Source: a virus. From it: a stretch of 21,991 nt of DNA. Position numbers and translations under genes: made by a program. The stretch is from the UHGV virus genome UHGV-0131363. The stretch is one strand, 5' to 3'. The notes beneath the pieces were generated by a model. The model was not told the DNA's origin. It searched no databases and saw only the letters and a program-made list of their open reading frames with translations. Every line of letters starts with the position of its first letter. Position 1 is the first letter of the stretch. Positions 1 through 7,582 of the stretch are shown here, one piece after another.

Positions 1-18
1 CGTGTGCTCTTCCGATCT
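1..18. other. Illumina TruSeq-type adapter remnant (CGTGTGCTCTTCCGATCT) at contig end
   Basis: Bases 1-18 read cgtgtgctcttccgatct, identical to the 3' end of the common Illumina adapter (...AGACGTGTGCTCTTCCGATCT). Non-biological sequence. Confidence 0.85.
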
Positions 19-317
19 GTTTCCAGATTGAAAGAGCGATACGGAGCACCTTCTTTAACGATACCTTCAGCACCTAACTCTGAAGCCTTACCCATATCAT
101 AGATAGTCATCAGGTTTTCTTTGTGTGCAGTCGTTGAACCAACACCTTTTACGTGCTTCTTAACGTTCAACAATGCACGATATTCACGAATGCTGCCATC
201 AGCTTTTACATTAACAGCACGGAAAATTTTACCTTCAAAGTTACCTTGAATCATTTTACGAACTACTTCAGATTTGTTTGCCGTATCGTCCAGTGCTACC
301 GTAATGATATTGTTCAT
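19..317 (-). CDS. hypothetical protein, 3'-truncated at window/contig edge (N-terminus MNNIITVALDDTANKSEVVRKMIQGNFEGKIF...)
   Basis: Manual translation of the minus strand from ATG at 317..315 stays open for about 100 codons down to the window start, so no stop is seen and it is absent from the ORF track. Sits 12 nt downstream of the TGA of the 329..1024 gene, same orientation as all neighbours. The frame reads through into adapter bases 1-18. Confidence 0.45.
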
Positions 318-328
318 AAGTTCTTCTC

Positions 329-1024
329 TCAATGTTTAACTAACATGGTTTTAATGTGTGGAAGGATTCTGTTTACCTTCTGAACATTCTTCTCTGTATC
401 TTCTATAAAGCATACTATATTAAAGTAAGGAAGAATGCAAGACTGAATCATCCTCACTTTCAAACTTTCTGCACTTATAGAGTTAGTTCCAAAACCACGC
501 ATAAAAAGCAAGTAATCATGCTCTATATTGTGCCTTAAAAACATCTCAGTAGGTATTCTCTGAGATTCACCTCTTGCTGTCAAGAGTCCAACTGCTGCAT
601 GATTTGCAATTGCATCAATAATGTTGAAAACATATGTTGGTTTTGCTCTTACAGAATCAAGAAGATTAGTGTACTGTGAGAATGACCCATCAGTCAATTC
701 CGTTGAGCAATCTTCGTGATTAAAATTTGTAAGAACACCATCAATATCTGCTAAGATGAGGTTACCTTTTTCTACAAGGTCTTTATTGACTATCACTAAA
801 CTATCACGCCTTACACCTATAATTTGTCCAGTCTCTTTGTCCACAACGTTCACAATTGGTTCTGGTGTGTGGAACTCTTCAAGTGAACATACAACTTCTC
901 TTGCAGTGTCTTCAAAATCCCTGCACTGTTCTGGAGTCCATACGCAGGAATCAAGACCTAACTCATGAGGATGCAAGTCATAAGCGTGGCACAGGACTTC
1001 ATCAGACTTTCTTAATTTTTTCAT
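329..1024 (-). CDS. HAD-superfamily phosphatase, 5'(3')-deoxyribonucleotidase-like, with ~90-aa N-terminal extension
   Basis: HAD motif I LILADIDGVLTNF (DxDGV, as in 5'(3')-deoxyribonucleotidases), motif II-like GLLTARGES, motif IV-like VCFIEDTEKN. Start overlaps the upstream gene by 23 nt. Confidence 0.55.
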   Translation of the reverse strand: MKKLRKSDEVLCHAYDLHPHELGLDSCVWTPEQCRDFEDTAREVVCSLEEFHTPEPIVNVVDKETGQIIGVRRDSLVIVNKDLVEKGNLILADIDGVLTNFNHEDCSTELTDGSFSQYTNLLDSVRAKPTYVFNIIDAIANHAAVGLLTARGESQRIPTEMFLRHNIEHDYLLFMRGFGTNSISAESLKVRMIQSCILPYFNIVCFIEDTEKNVQKVNRILPHIKTMLVKH

Positions 1025-1550
1025 GATTTACCTTAGAAATGTTTGTTGCAAATTCACATTGAGCGATAACTTTCATATTGTTATAGACATCTTGAGAGTA
1101 TTTCTTAGCTTTAGGGATTCTGTACGAATACCCAGCATTATATGATGCTAAAACTTTTTGTAAAGTCTTCTTTGACTTTGGGTGACCATGTACCTTCGTC
1201 CAAAACTCAAGCTCTTTATGTGTTTCTTTTGCGGCATAGTCAAAATCTTTTAAGAGTTTCTTTTTAGCAACATTAGGACTAATTTTGTTACGCTTTACAA
1301 CAGTCTTCAAGTGATTCTGGAAAATACCGTAATCATGTGTCTTTTTATTCTCTACCTTCAGACCTAACTCTGACTCTTGTAAGGCTATAGCTGCTAGAGT
1401 GATACCCCAACCTTTACCCATGTTATTCTCACCATACTGGTAAGCTTTTAACATGTTCACTTTTTGGCTAATTGATAGCTCTGGGCAGTCAACTGCATAA
1501 GATAAGTGTGCTGTAAACATTAAGCACAAACCTAGAATCAATTTCTTCAT
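1002..1550 (-). CDS. secreted SLT-domain protein (lytic transglycosylase-like) with N-terminal signal peptide
   Basis: N-terminus MKKLILGLCLMFTAHLSYA is a typical Sec signal peptide. Family-1 lytic transglycosylase-like motifs: ALQESELG (catalytic E-S), GIFQN (GLMQ-like), SYNAGYS (AYNAG-like). RBS AGGAG lies 5 nt upstream of the ATG at 1550. Confidence 0.6.
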   Translation of the reverse strand: MKKLILGLCLMFTAHLSYAVDCPELSISQKVNMLKAYQYGENNMGKGWGITLAAIALQESELGLKVENKKTHDYGIFQNHLKTVVKRNKISPNVAKKKLLKDFDYAAKETHKELEFWTKVHGHPKSKKTLQKVLASYNAGYSYRIPKAKKYSQDVYNNMKVIAQCEFATNISKVNHEKIKKV

Positions 1551-1581
1551 TGGTTCTCCTGTTTAGTTTATCGTGACAACA

Positions 1582-1610
1582 ATTATACAGCACTCTGCAC
1601 AAAATACAAA
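1582..1610 (-). promoter_or_regulatory. candidate sigma70-like promoter upstream of the SLT-domain gene (-10 TATAAT)
   Basis: Minus strand carries a perfect TATAAT (plus-strand attata 1582-1587) about 30 nt upstream of the gene start. The -35 (TTTGTA, 17-nt spacer) is poor and overlaps the U-tract of the upstream terminator. Confidence 0.3.
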
Positions 1611-1633
1611 TAAAAAAGGCCGCCGAAGCAGCC
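1601..1633 (-). terminator. rho-independent terminator downstream of rIIB
   Basis: Minus-strand RNA forms GGCUGC-uucg-GCGGCC (6 bp with one G-U pair, UUCG tetraloop) followed by UUUUUUAUUUGUAUUUU. Lies 15 nt after the rIIB stop. Confidence 0.65.
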
Positions 1634-1651
1634 TTTTAAGAGAATTACTTA

Positions 1652-2761
1652 TTAGATTTCACGTTTATGCTGAGAAATAAGTTCGCCAGCAGTACCAACG
1701 ATAACATGTAGAGCTTCAGTCTTGCCATCCCATGCTTTCAGAACATTACGCTGGCTATCAACGATAGCTGCAACTTCATAACGTGATGAACGCATTTTCA
1801 TATCATTGTAATCAGTTGGAACAGATACAACATCTCGTGGGTGGACACGAACTTTCAGGATTGTATCACCTGAGAAGCTACGAACATAATCCCAAGCACC
1901 AACATGAAGACCTTGAGAGCAAGTCACGTTACGGTTATTATCAACCATCCAACGTGGCATCTCTACAATGTTACCCAAATCGTTAGGAACTTTGTAGGTG
2001 TGGGAGTCAACCAGCTTACCTTCACGAGTAGAGACTTTCTTCCAACCAATGATGTAGCCTTCTCCATCAATTTCAACATCAAGGTGAGATACAAATCCCC
2101 AAAGTTGTTCTACAGAATCTTTAGATGGGTTTTCCATCAGTTTTTCGAAGAACATTACAAGTCGTTCAAAACCTTTATCGCCAGTTTTCATCATGTGAAG
2201 AATACGGTCAACCAGAGTAGAACGCATCTCAACAGCACCGTAGAATAGCTTGTCACCTTTGATTGTGATAGCACCCTGAGTGAAGTTTTCGATAGACTTA
2301 CGAATGTTCATCAGTTCAAAGGCTTTCTTGAACTCACCTTTCACAACATGAACTACAATCTCTTGATAGTTCGGATGAGTAGACTCAACAATTTCAGATT
2401 CTGAACCATAAGTCATAATTACAGAATCACCAGTAATCATGTACTCAATCTTGTCATCTTTCTGCATAGCTTCGTGCAGTTTATTTACTGGAGCTTTCTG
2501 TACAGCGTCTTTAACTACCTTTTCAACTGGTTTTCCAGCTTTCTTCTTAAAGGTCTTAGCAACTTGTTTCAAAGTCTTCGTAGCTGGTGTAGAAGTTGCC
2601 TTCTTATTCCCTTTTAAGGTTGCTTCATGACGCTCTACAGCACGACCGACTGAACGGGTTGAAGTATTAAATTTCTGTGCAATAGCTGTTTTAGTCAGCT
2701 TACCTTCTTTAACCAGTTTGTAAATTTCTGCGTCAATCTGTGCTTTAGTTTTAGTAGTCAT
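1652..2761 (-). CDS. rIIB: rIIB protein (T4 rIIB-like)
   Basis: 369 aa, with C-terminal region VHPRDVVSVPTDYNDMKMR and LVDRILHMMKTGDKGFE...ENPSKDSVEQLW resembling T4 rIIB. Lies immediately downstream of rIIA in the same orientation, as in T4. Confidence 0.8.
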   Translation of the reverse strand: MTTKTKAQIDAEIYKLVKEGKLTKTAIAQKFNTSTRSVGRAVERHEATLKGNKKATSTPATKTLKQVAKTFKKKAGKPVEKVVKDAVQKAPVNKLHEAMQKDDKIEYMITGDSVIMTYGSESEIVESTHPNYQEIVVHVVKGEFKKAFELMNIRKSIENFTQGAITIKGDKLFYGAVEMRSTLVDRILHMMKTGDKGFERLVMFFEKLMENPSKDSVEQLWGFVSHLDVEIDGEGYIIGWKKVSTREGKLVDSHTYKVPNDLGNIVEMPRWMVDNNRNVTCSQGLHVGAWDYVRSFSGDTILKVRVHPRDVVSVPTDYNDMKMRSSRYEVAAIVDSQRNVLKAWDGKTEALHVIVGTAGELISQHKREI

Positions 2762-2805
2762 CTTATTACTCTCTCTTGTTAGTTAATAAATCATTTTGTG
2801 ATGCT

Positions 2806-2835
2806 ATTTTAAGGGGCTTTGAAGCCCCTTGTCAA
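2806..2835 (-). promoter_or_regulatory. candidate sigma70-type promoter for rIIB (-35 TTGACA, 18-nt spacer, -10 TAAAAT) with a 7-bp hairpin in the spacer
   Basis: Minus strand reads TTGACA (plus tgtcaa 2830-2835), an 18-nt spacer, then TAAAAT (plus atttta 2806-2811). The spacer contains the inverted repeat aaggggc/gcccctt (2811-2817 and 2824-2830). Sits in the rIIA-rIIB intergenic region about 40 nt upstream of the rIIB ATG. Confidence 0.45.
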
Positions 2836-2840
2836 ACACT

Positions 2841-5207
2841 TTAATCGTAAATTGTAGTCCCTTCTGGAACACATTTTACATCAAAACCTAAGAACTTACT
2901 CACTTCGATGGGTGACACTTTATTCCAATCTAAATGAGAAAGCAAGAAGTTTTCTTGTTTTCTTTTTGAAAGATAGTTTGCCACCTTAATAACCATACGG
3001 TCACCAGCTTTCTTAATTTTCTTGTAAAGCTTTGTATCGTTGTCAAGACAGTCTTTCAAAGTTTTCAATACACTAATGGTATAAGTGTATGCAAATGGTG
3101 CAGCAACGTATTGGATTTTACCGAACATTGCCTCTACAGCCTCTTCATTTCCTTCTAGGAAGATAGTTTTGTTTGTATCCCTTGAATAACAATACCCGCG
3201 AGAAATCTTCCTGTTATTAAACGTAAAGTTTCTGGCAATAATCCAACTGCTTGTAAGGTCAAGGACACCATTCATATAGATACGCGTCATATATCTGTTA
3301 TGGTTAATCCAGTGAACATCAGTTAAGCTGTCGTTCAAGAGTTTCTCATCTACTTCAATCCAATCTTCTGGTATCTTTTTCCAATTTGCTTTTCGGAAAA
3401 CATAGACTGTCTTACCTGTAACATTAGCAACTGACTTAGCTACATCTTCTGGAGATGAGCAAAAACATTCACCATCAACTGTGTCACCAATTGCCTTAAT
3501 GTAAAGCTGAGGTTCTTCAATTGTGTCTAAGTCCTCTGACACCTCTTTGTAGGAGGCTACACCTTCTGCTGGAACAGCTTTCCAGAGTTTTACAACACCT
3601 CTTACAGCTTCTTTACGCTGGTAATGGTGTTCCTTATCAGACATTTTCACAATCTTTAACAAGCTTTTATCAAGTTTGTGCAGATTGATTAAGTCATCTA
3701 ACTCTTTTTCAGTCGAGAATACAAAGACAATACCATTGTATCTGTGAAACAGACTTGACTCACTGGCATAGTCTCGACATGCACCACGCAAGATTTGGTT
3801 GCGTCCTACAGTCTTCTCAGTACCATTTTTATTGCGACGGTCATTTATAACAAACAAAAACTGTTCAATTTGGCTTTTACGCATTGCGCCAAAGATATTG
3901 AACATACTTGCCTCTTGAGTGTAGGAAAGTGCTGTTGCACGAATCTTACTCTCTAAAGAGTTGAACTTGACATAAGCAACTGGGTCATAAAGATAATCTA
4001 CTTTAGGGATGTTGTTTCCGTTCCTATCAACCTTAATATTACCTTTACCGTCACGTTCATAAATGACTGAGCCGTCTTCTGCGTAGATAATTCCACGACG
4101 AATGTTTAGTAATTCTTCTTCCAGAGAATCAAGCTTAACGCCTCCCCACTCTAACTTTGGACACACAGCATTAAACATCTCTCGTGAGTTCAAACGTAAC
4201 TCAGCATAAGCCTGTGCAGCATCCATGAGTGTAGGTTGACTGTTAACTTTCTTGATAACATCCTTTGTAATTGCTTCAGTTATCTTTTTAGTAGCCTCAA
4301 TGATAACATTTTTTGTCGTGTCATTCATCTGCAATGCTTCACGAGAAGCTGCAATAGCGACTGAACCAATAGGCATGTAGATGTTTACAAGGTCTACGCT
4401 CCTACGGAAAAATTCTGGCAATACTTTGAAGAAATCATCACCAAGTAATGCTTCCATGTTAACAGGGTAGGCAATGTTACCCATCACCACATTAAACTCT
4501 GTCCTGTTATCACTAGAACGCCAGCTGTGCTTATGAATCATGGCATCATAAACACCTTCTTCACGGGCAATGACGTTCATATCTGCTAATACATCGTCGT
4601 ACTCAATATTACTTTCTGGTTTTACAGTGAAGTATGAGTACACATTCCCAGCTTCTTCAAAGAACTTTGAGATACGGTGGTCAGCAACTGCCACACGTAC
4701 AGCTAAACCATTAGGTTCTTTTGTTGGGTTAGTTGTCAGCTTAGTTACTTGAGGGATACCATTCTCAAGATAAACAGAGTACTTATTAACAACACCATCA
4801 ACATAGCTAGATACTGTGAATGACTGAGCAATTGCAAATGGTGACTTTGAGCCGATACCCATTGCACCAATGTAGTCATTAGAGTCATTCTTCGTAGAAG
4901 CTCCATAGTTTAGGTACAAACTCATAACTTTATCATGAGTCAATCCAGTTCCAAAATCACGAACTTCGAAGTAAGGCTCAAAACGAGTAGGTAAATGCAC
5001 ATGGAATGGGATGTTCTCTTTTCCAGCCTCTTTCTGAGCATCTACTGCGTTACATGACAGTTCACGAATCACTGCCCTTTCTTTAAAGGTATATACACCA
5101 GAACTCAAAAGGCTGAACATTTCAGGTGTCATTGTAATCTGTGCTTGAGACGTCTCTAAAGAAGTTGAACTCTTAATCACTTCTGCGTGGTCGTTTACCA
5201 TGCGCAT
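2841..5207 (-). CDS. rIIA: rIIA protein (T4 rIIA-like, GHKL-type ATPase fold at N-terminus)
   Basis: 788 aa. N-terminal EMFSLLSSGVYTFKERAVIRELSCNAVDAQ and DFGTGLT...GAMGIGSKSPF match the Bergerat ATPase N-box and G-box pattern of T4 rIIA. RBS GAGGA upstream of the ATG at 5207. Confidence 0.85.
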   Translation of the reverse strand: MRMVNDHAEVIKSSTSLETSQAQITMTPEMFSLLSSGVYTFKERAVIRELSCNAVDAQKEAGKENIPFHVHLPTRFEPYFEVRDFGTGLTHDKVMSLYLNYGASTKNDSNDYIGAMGIGSKSPFAIAQSFTVSSYVDGVVNKYSVYLENGIPQVTKLTTNPTKEPNGLAVRVAVADHRISKFFEEAGNVYSYFTVKPESNIEYDDVLADMNVIAREEGVYDAMIHKHSWRSSDNRTEFNVVMGNIAYPVNMEALLGDDFFKVLPEFFRRSVDLVNIYMPIGSVAIAASREALQMNDTTKNVIIEATKKITEAITKDVIKKVNSQPTLMDAAQAYAELRLNSREMFNAVCPKLEWGGVKLDSLEEELLNIRRGIIYAEDGSVIYERDGKGNIKVDRNGNNIPKVDYLYDPVAYVKFNSLESKIRATALSYTQEASMFNIFGAMRKSQIEQFLFVINDRRNKNGTEKTVGRNQILRGACRDYASESSLFHRYNGIVFVFSTEKELDDLINLHKLDKSLLKIVKMSDKEHHYQRKEAVRGVVKLWKAVPAEGVASYKEVSEDLDTIEEPQLYIKAIGDTVDGECFCSSPEDVAKSVANVTGKTVYVFRKANWKKIPEDWIEVDEKLLNDSLTDVHWINHNRYMTRIYMNGVLDLTSSWIIARNFTFNNRKISRGYCYSRDTNKTIFLEGNEEAVEAMFGKIQYVAAPFAYTYTISVLKTLKDCLDNDTKLYKKIKKAGDRMVIKVANYLSKRKQENFLLSHLDWNKVSPIEVSKFLGFDVKCVPEGTTIYD

Positions 5208-5235
5208 AATACTTTCCTCTTAGTTTACTGTTAAA

Positions 5236-5412
5236 TTACTTGTTAAACATTTTACCAGAACCACCACACATAGGGCAACAACCTGCTCTTGTATAACCTT
5301 CCCCATTACAGTAGTCACATTTTTTGTGCTCTGCATAGTACTTACAAAGAAGGTAAACAAACACTGCTACGCCACCAAGTGACAGTAAAATTTCTATCCA
5401 ATATGCTTGCAT
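5236..5412 (-). CDS. small membrane-anchored zinc-finger protein (two CxxCxGxG DnaJ-type motifs), not in ORF track (58 aa)
   Basis: Manual translation from ATG 5412..5410 to TAA 5238..5236 gives MQAYWIEILLSLGGVAVFVYLLCKYYAEHKKCDYCNGEGYTRAGCCPMCGGSGKMFNK. It has an N-terminal hydrophobic helix followed by CDYCNGEG and CPMCGGSG. RBS GAGGTG 6 nt upstream. Fills the gap between the 111-aa ORF and rIIA. Confidence 0.45.
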   Translation of the reverse strand: MQAYWIEILLSLGGVAVFVYLLCKYYAEHKKCDYCNGEGYTRAGCCPMCGGSGKMFNK

Positions 5413-5729
5413 GACTCACCTCTCATATTCTTGTAAAGGATAAAGCTTCTGTCATGGACGATACTTGTAGATACTGCAAAGTTACTTTCAAGCATCTGTT
5501 TATTTGGATTGTAGAAGCTTTCTTTAAACTCGTCAAGTGCAAATTGGTGATTGTCTGGAAGACCTTTTACACAGACCTTTATTGTGATTGCTGCTGCAAT
5601 CTTACCAGTCAGTTCTTCTTTAGCTGCTACTAAAATTTTGTTAAGGAACTTATGACCATTTTCAGGTTTCTTGATGTTCTCCCAACGTTCCTCTAAGACG
5701 ATGTTGATGTTCATCTCTTTGATTTTCAT
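5394..5729 (-). CDS. hypothetical protein (111 aa)
   Basis: ORF with RBS GGAGAAG upstream of the ATG at 5729, same strand as neighbours. No recognisable motif. Confidence 0.55.
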   Translation of the reverse strand: MKIKEMNINIVLEERWENIKKPENGHKFLNKILVAAKEELTGKIAAAITIKVCVKGLPDNHQFALDEFKESFYNPNKQMLESNFAVSTSIVHDRSFILYKNMRGESCKHIG

Positions 5730-5740
5730 AATCTTCTCCA

Positions 5741-5768
5741 GAAATTAAAAAGGCTCCCGTAGGAGCCT
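5741..5768 (-). terminator. rho-independent terminator downstream of the Nampt-family gene
   Basis: Minus-strand RNA forms AGGCUCC-uacg-GGAGCCU (7-bp stem, plus-strand arms 5751-5757 and 5762-5768) followed by UUUUAAUUUC. Confidence 0.65.
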
Positions 5769-5771
5769 CTT

Positions 5772-5799
5772 ATCATATACTTTTAAAGCTGCTTGTCAA
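5772..5799 (-). promoter_or_regulatory. candidate sigma70-type promoter (-35 TTGACA, 16-nt spacer, -10 TATGAT) overlapping the 3' end of the Nampt-family gene
   Basis: Minus strand reads TTGACA (plus tgtcaa 5794-5799), a 16-nt spacer, then TATGAT (plus atcata 5772-5777). The predicted start site falls inside the terminator hairpin, so transcripts from here would bypass it and read into the 111-aa gene, the small zinc-finger ORF and rIIA. Confidence 0.3.
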
Positions 5800-7564
5800 T
5801 ATTATTTCGAATATCACCAAGAGTTGTGTAGCCGAACTGCTCAGAGTCGCTAAAGACTAGACGTAAAGCACAAGCTGGATGTTCAAGTGCATCTGCAAAG
5901 CTCTGGAACCCATAGCCATCTACAGCTTTCAGATTTTCACCATCCCACATAGGTGCTACACCACCAAAAGCAGACTTCTTAACACCACTATCTGTTTTAG
6001 GGTCTTTTGCAAGCATAATCTCTTTACCACCAATGCTTGCAAGGGTTGCTTTGACAGCAAATGCAAAGGTGTCACGAGTCATGTACTGGTAAGTGTAAGA
6101 ACCTACACCAAACACTACGTTAGAGCTTGCAAAACCCATTTCATACAAACGCTTCAGTATTTCATTTGCACGTTCCAACGTGATAGAGTCGCCATAAATA
6201 AGTCCAATATGCTCATCCAGTACTTTAAAGCCTTTAGAGTTAATAGTTCCCCCAAAGATGTTGTACAGTGTCTTAATAGCTCCATCAATCTCAGCTACAG
6301 GACGTGTTACAACGTTTGCAGAACCAACCATATAAGCATTTTTCAACATCACTGTATCAGCAACTTCAAAGTCTTCTCTGTCAACAACCATCTCGTAGCC
6401 TTCTGACAGTAGCCATCCAGCAATACCATAGTTGATGTTCTCAAGCTTCATGTTCAGAACAGCATTCAACATTGTGTCACTGGCTTCCAGCTTGCTTAGG
6501 TGCTCGTAATAAGCCTTCTTAGCACATTCTAAGTGGATTGCTTTATAACCTGTGACAATATGTACAGGGTCTCCAGAGTCAGGACGAATTACCAGTTTAC
6601 CGTCACGTCCCATAATCTCTTTGCGAAGTGCTGGTAAAATTTCTGACACAGTTCTCCAGAAGTTATAAGTGTCTGAAACAACACTTGCAATACCAGTTGG
6701 GTAAGTTTCTGTTAAGAAACGACGGAAGGTTTGTAACTCACCTTTAAAGCGTCTTTCTTCTTCAATCAACTCATTACCACCTTCCCAAGCAATGTTTGCA
6801 CACATTACAGAGTGCTCAGTGGCTGGTACAGAGCTACCAATATCAGAGATTGGGTAAGACTGCCCATAAATGCGTTTAGCCGTGTATACAGCAGGGAAGC
6901 TATCAGTTCCTTTAAAGCTGGTTAAGTGACCTACAGCATTAAATGCGTCATCAGTAAAGCCTGACATGCCACGCATAGCAAAGTCATGGCACTGATAGGG
7001 CAGATGCAAGTCGTTGTCACAAGTAAGGTCAGCCCACTTCTTACAGATGCGTTTGTAATGCAATGCAATAGTTGCAATGGTACAAGCCTTCCAAATCTCA
7101 GCAGAGAAAGCATCTTCCAGATAACCTGCTACCCAATGGAAACCTGAAACAGTGTTCTGGAAAACAATCATTGGGACACGCATAGGGACAACTGTGCCTT
7201 CTTCTACAGCGTATACTTCAACTGGTAGATAACCTAAGTCGTGAAGTGCTTCCCAATGCTCTCTACCGATAGCATCTTTACCCAGAACACCATTCATGAC
7301 TTCTAAGATTTCGTCAATTGCTTCTTTTTTATCACGTTCAAAGAAAGTGGCATTCCAGTGGTCTATCAAGTAATCTTTAACAAAACGTTGAATACCAAAA
7401 GCTACTACACCATCAATTGCTAAGGGGCTGTTAAACCATTTATCACTGCGTGGTGTCAGGTTCAACATAAGATATTGCGTAGCATCTGGATACTGATATA
7501 TATGTGATGCCTTGTAAGCATCTGCATTAAGACCTGCTGGTACTGCGTAAAGTGACTTACTCAT
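5783..7564 (-). CDS. nadV: nicotinamide phosphoribosyltransferase-family protein (Nampt/NadV-like); candidate Namat (nicotinamide ADP-ribose transferase) of a NARP1 NAD+ reconstitution pathway
   Basis: 593 aa. N-terminal NADAYKASHIYQYP (Nampt DSYK motif), HDFAMRGMSGF...HLTSFKGTDS...SVPATEHS, VVSDTYNFW...LVIRPDSGDP and GLIYGDSIT...VVFGVGSYTYQ follow the Nampt-family motif order. About 100 aa longer than canonical Nampt. Located 1 gene away from a Prs-family gene. Confidence 0.9.
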   Translation of the reverse strand: MSKSLYAVPAGLNADAYKASHIYQYPDATQYLMLNLTPRSDKWFNSPLAIDGVVAFGIQRFVKDYLIDHWNATFFERDKKEAIDEILEVMNGVLGKDAIGREHWEALHDLGYLPVEVYAVEEGTVVPMRVPMIVFQNTVSGFHWVAGYLEDAFSAEIWKACTIATIALHYKRICKKWADLTCDNDLHLPYQCHDFAMRGMSGFTDDAFNAVGHLTSFKGTDSFPAVYTAKRIYGQSYPISDIGSSVPATEHSVMCANIAWEGGNELIEEERRFKGELQTFRRFLTETYPTGIASVVSDTYNFWRTVSEILPALRKEIMGRDGKLVIRPDSGDPVHIVTGYKAIHLECAKKAYYEHLSKLEASDTMLNAVLNMKLENINYGIAGWLLSEGYEMVVDREDFEVADTVMLKNAYMVGSANVVTRPVAEIDGAIKTLYNIFGGTINSKGFKVLDEHIGLIYGDSITLERANEILKRLYEMGFASSNVVFGVGSYTYQYMTRDTFAFAVKATLASIGGKEIMLAKDPKTDSGVKKSAFGGVAPMWDGENLKAVDGYGFQSFADALEHPACALRLVFSDSEQFGYTTLGDIRNNIDKQL

Positions 7565-7570
7565 ATTTTA

Positions 7571-7582
7571 TCTCTCTCTCTC
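7571..7582. repeat. (TC)6 dinucleotide repeat forming the GAGAGA purine-rich RBS of the Nampt-family gene
   Basis: Plus strand tctctctctctc at 7571-7582 gives (GA)6 on the minus strand, 6 nt upstream of the ATG at 7564. Similar GAGAG runs precede other starts (rIIB, 10403, 20148). Confidence 0.7.

Noticed and set aside
153-383. Plus-strand 76-aa ORF at the left end
   Set aside because: Antisense to the better-supported minus-strand frames (19..317 and 329..1024). Low-complexity, Phe/Asn-rich translation typical of an AT-rich antisense frame, and no RBS.
356-968. Plus-strand ORFs 356..538 and 756..968
   Set aside because: Both lie inside and antisense to the HAD-family gene 329..1024. The whole region is otherwise transcribed on the minus strand.
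1783-2630. Plus-strand ORFs 1783..1986, 1904..2248 and 2439..2630
   Set aside because: Embedded antisense within rIIB, whose protein has recognisable rIIB-like motifs.
4570-4752. Plus-strand 60-aa ORF inside rIIA
   Set aside because: Antisense to rIIA, short, and without a ribosome-binding site.
5879-7113. Plus-strand 175-aa ORF 5879..6406 and minus-strand 60-aa ORF 6931..7113
   Set aside because: Both fall inside the Nampt-family gene, which has strong family motifs throughout. The plus ORF is Cys/Phe-rich antisense noise; the minus ORF is an alternative frame.
5783-7564. The 593-aa Nampt-family ORF as a gene fusion or frameshift artefact
   Set aside because: The extra length is spread over an internal insertion and a C-terminal extension within one continuous frame with family motifs in the expected order. 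There is no sign of two juxtaposed ORFs.
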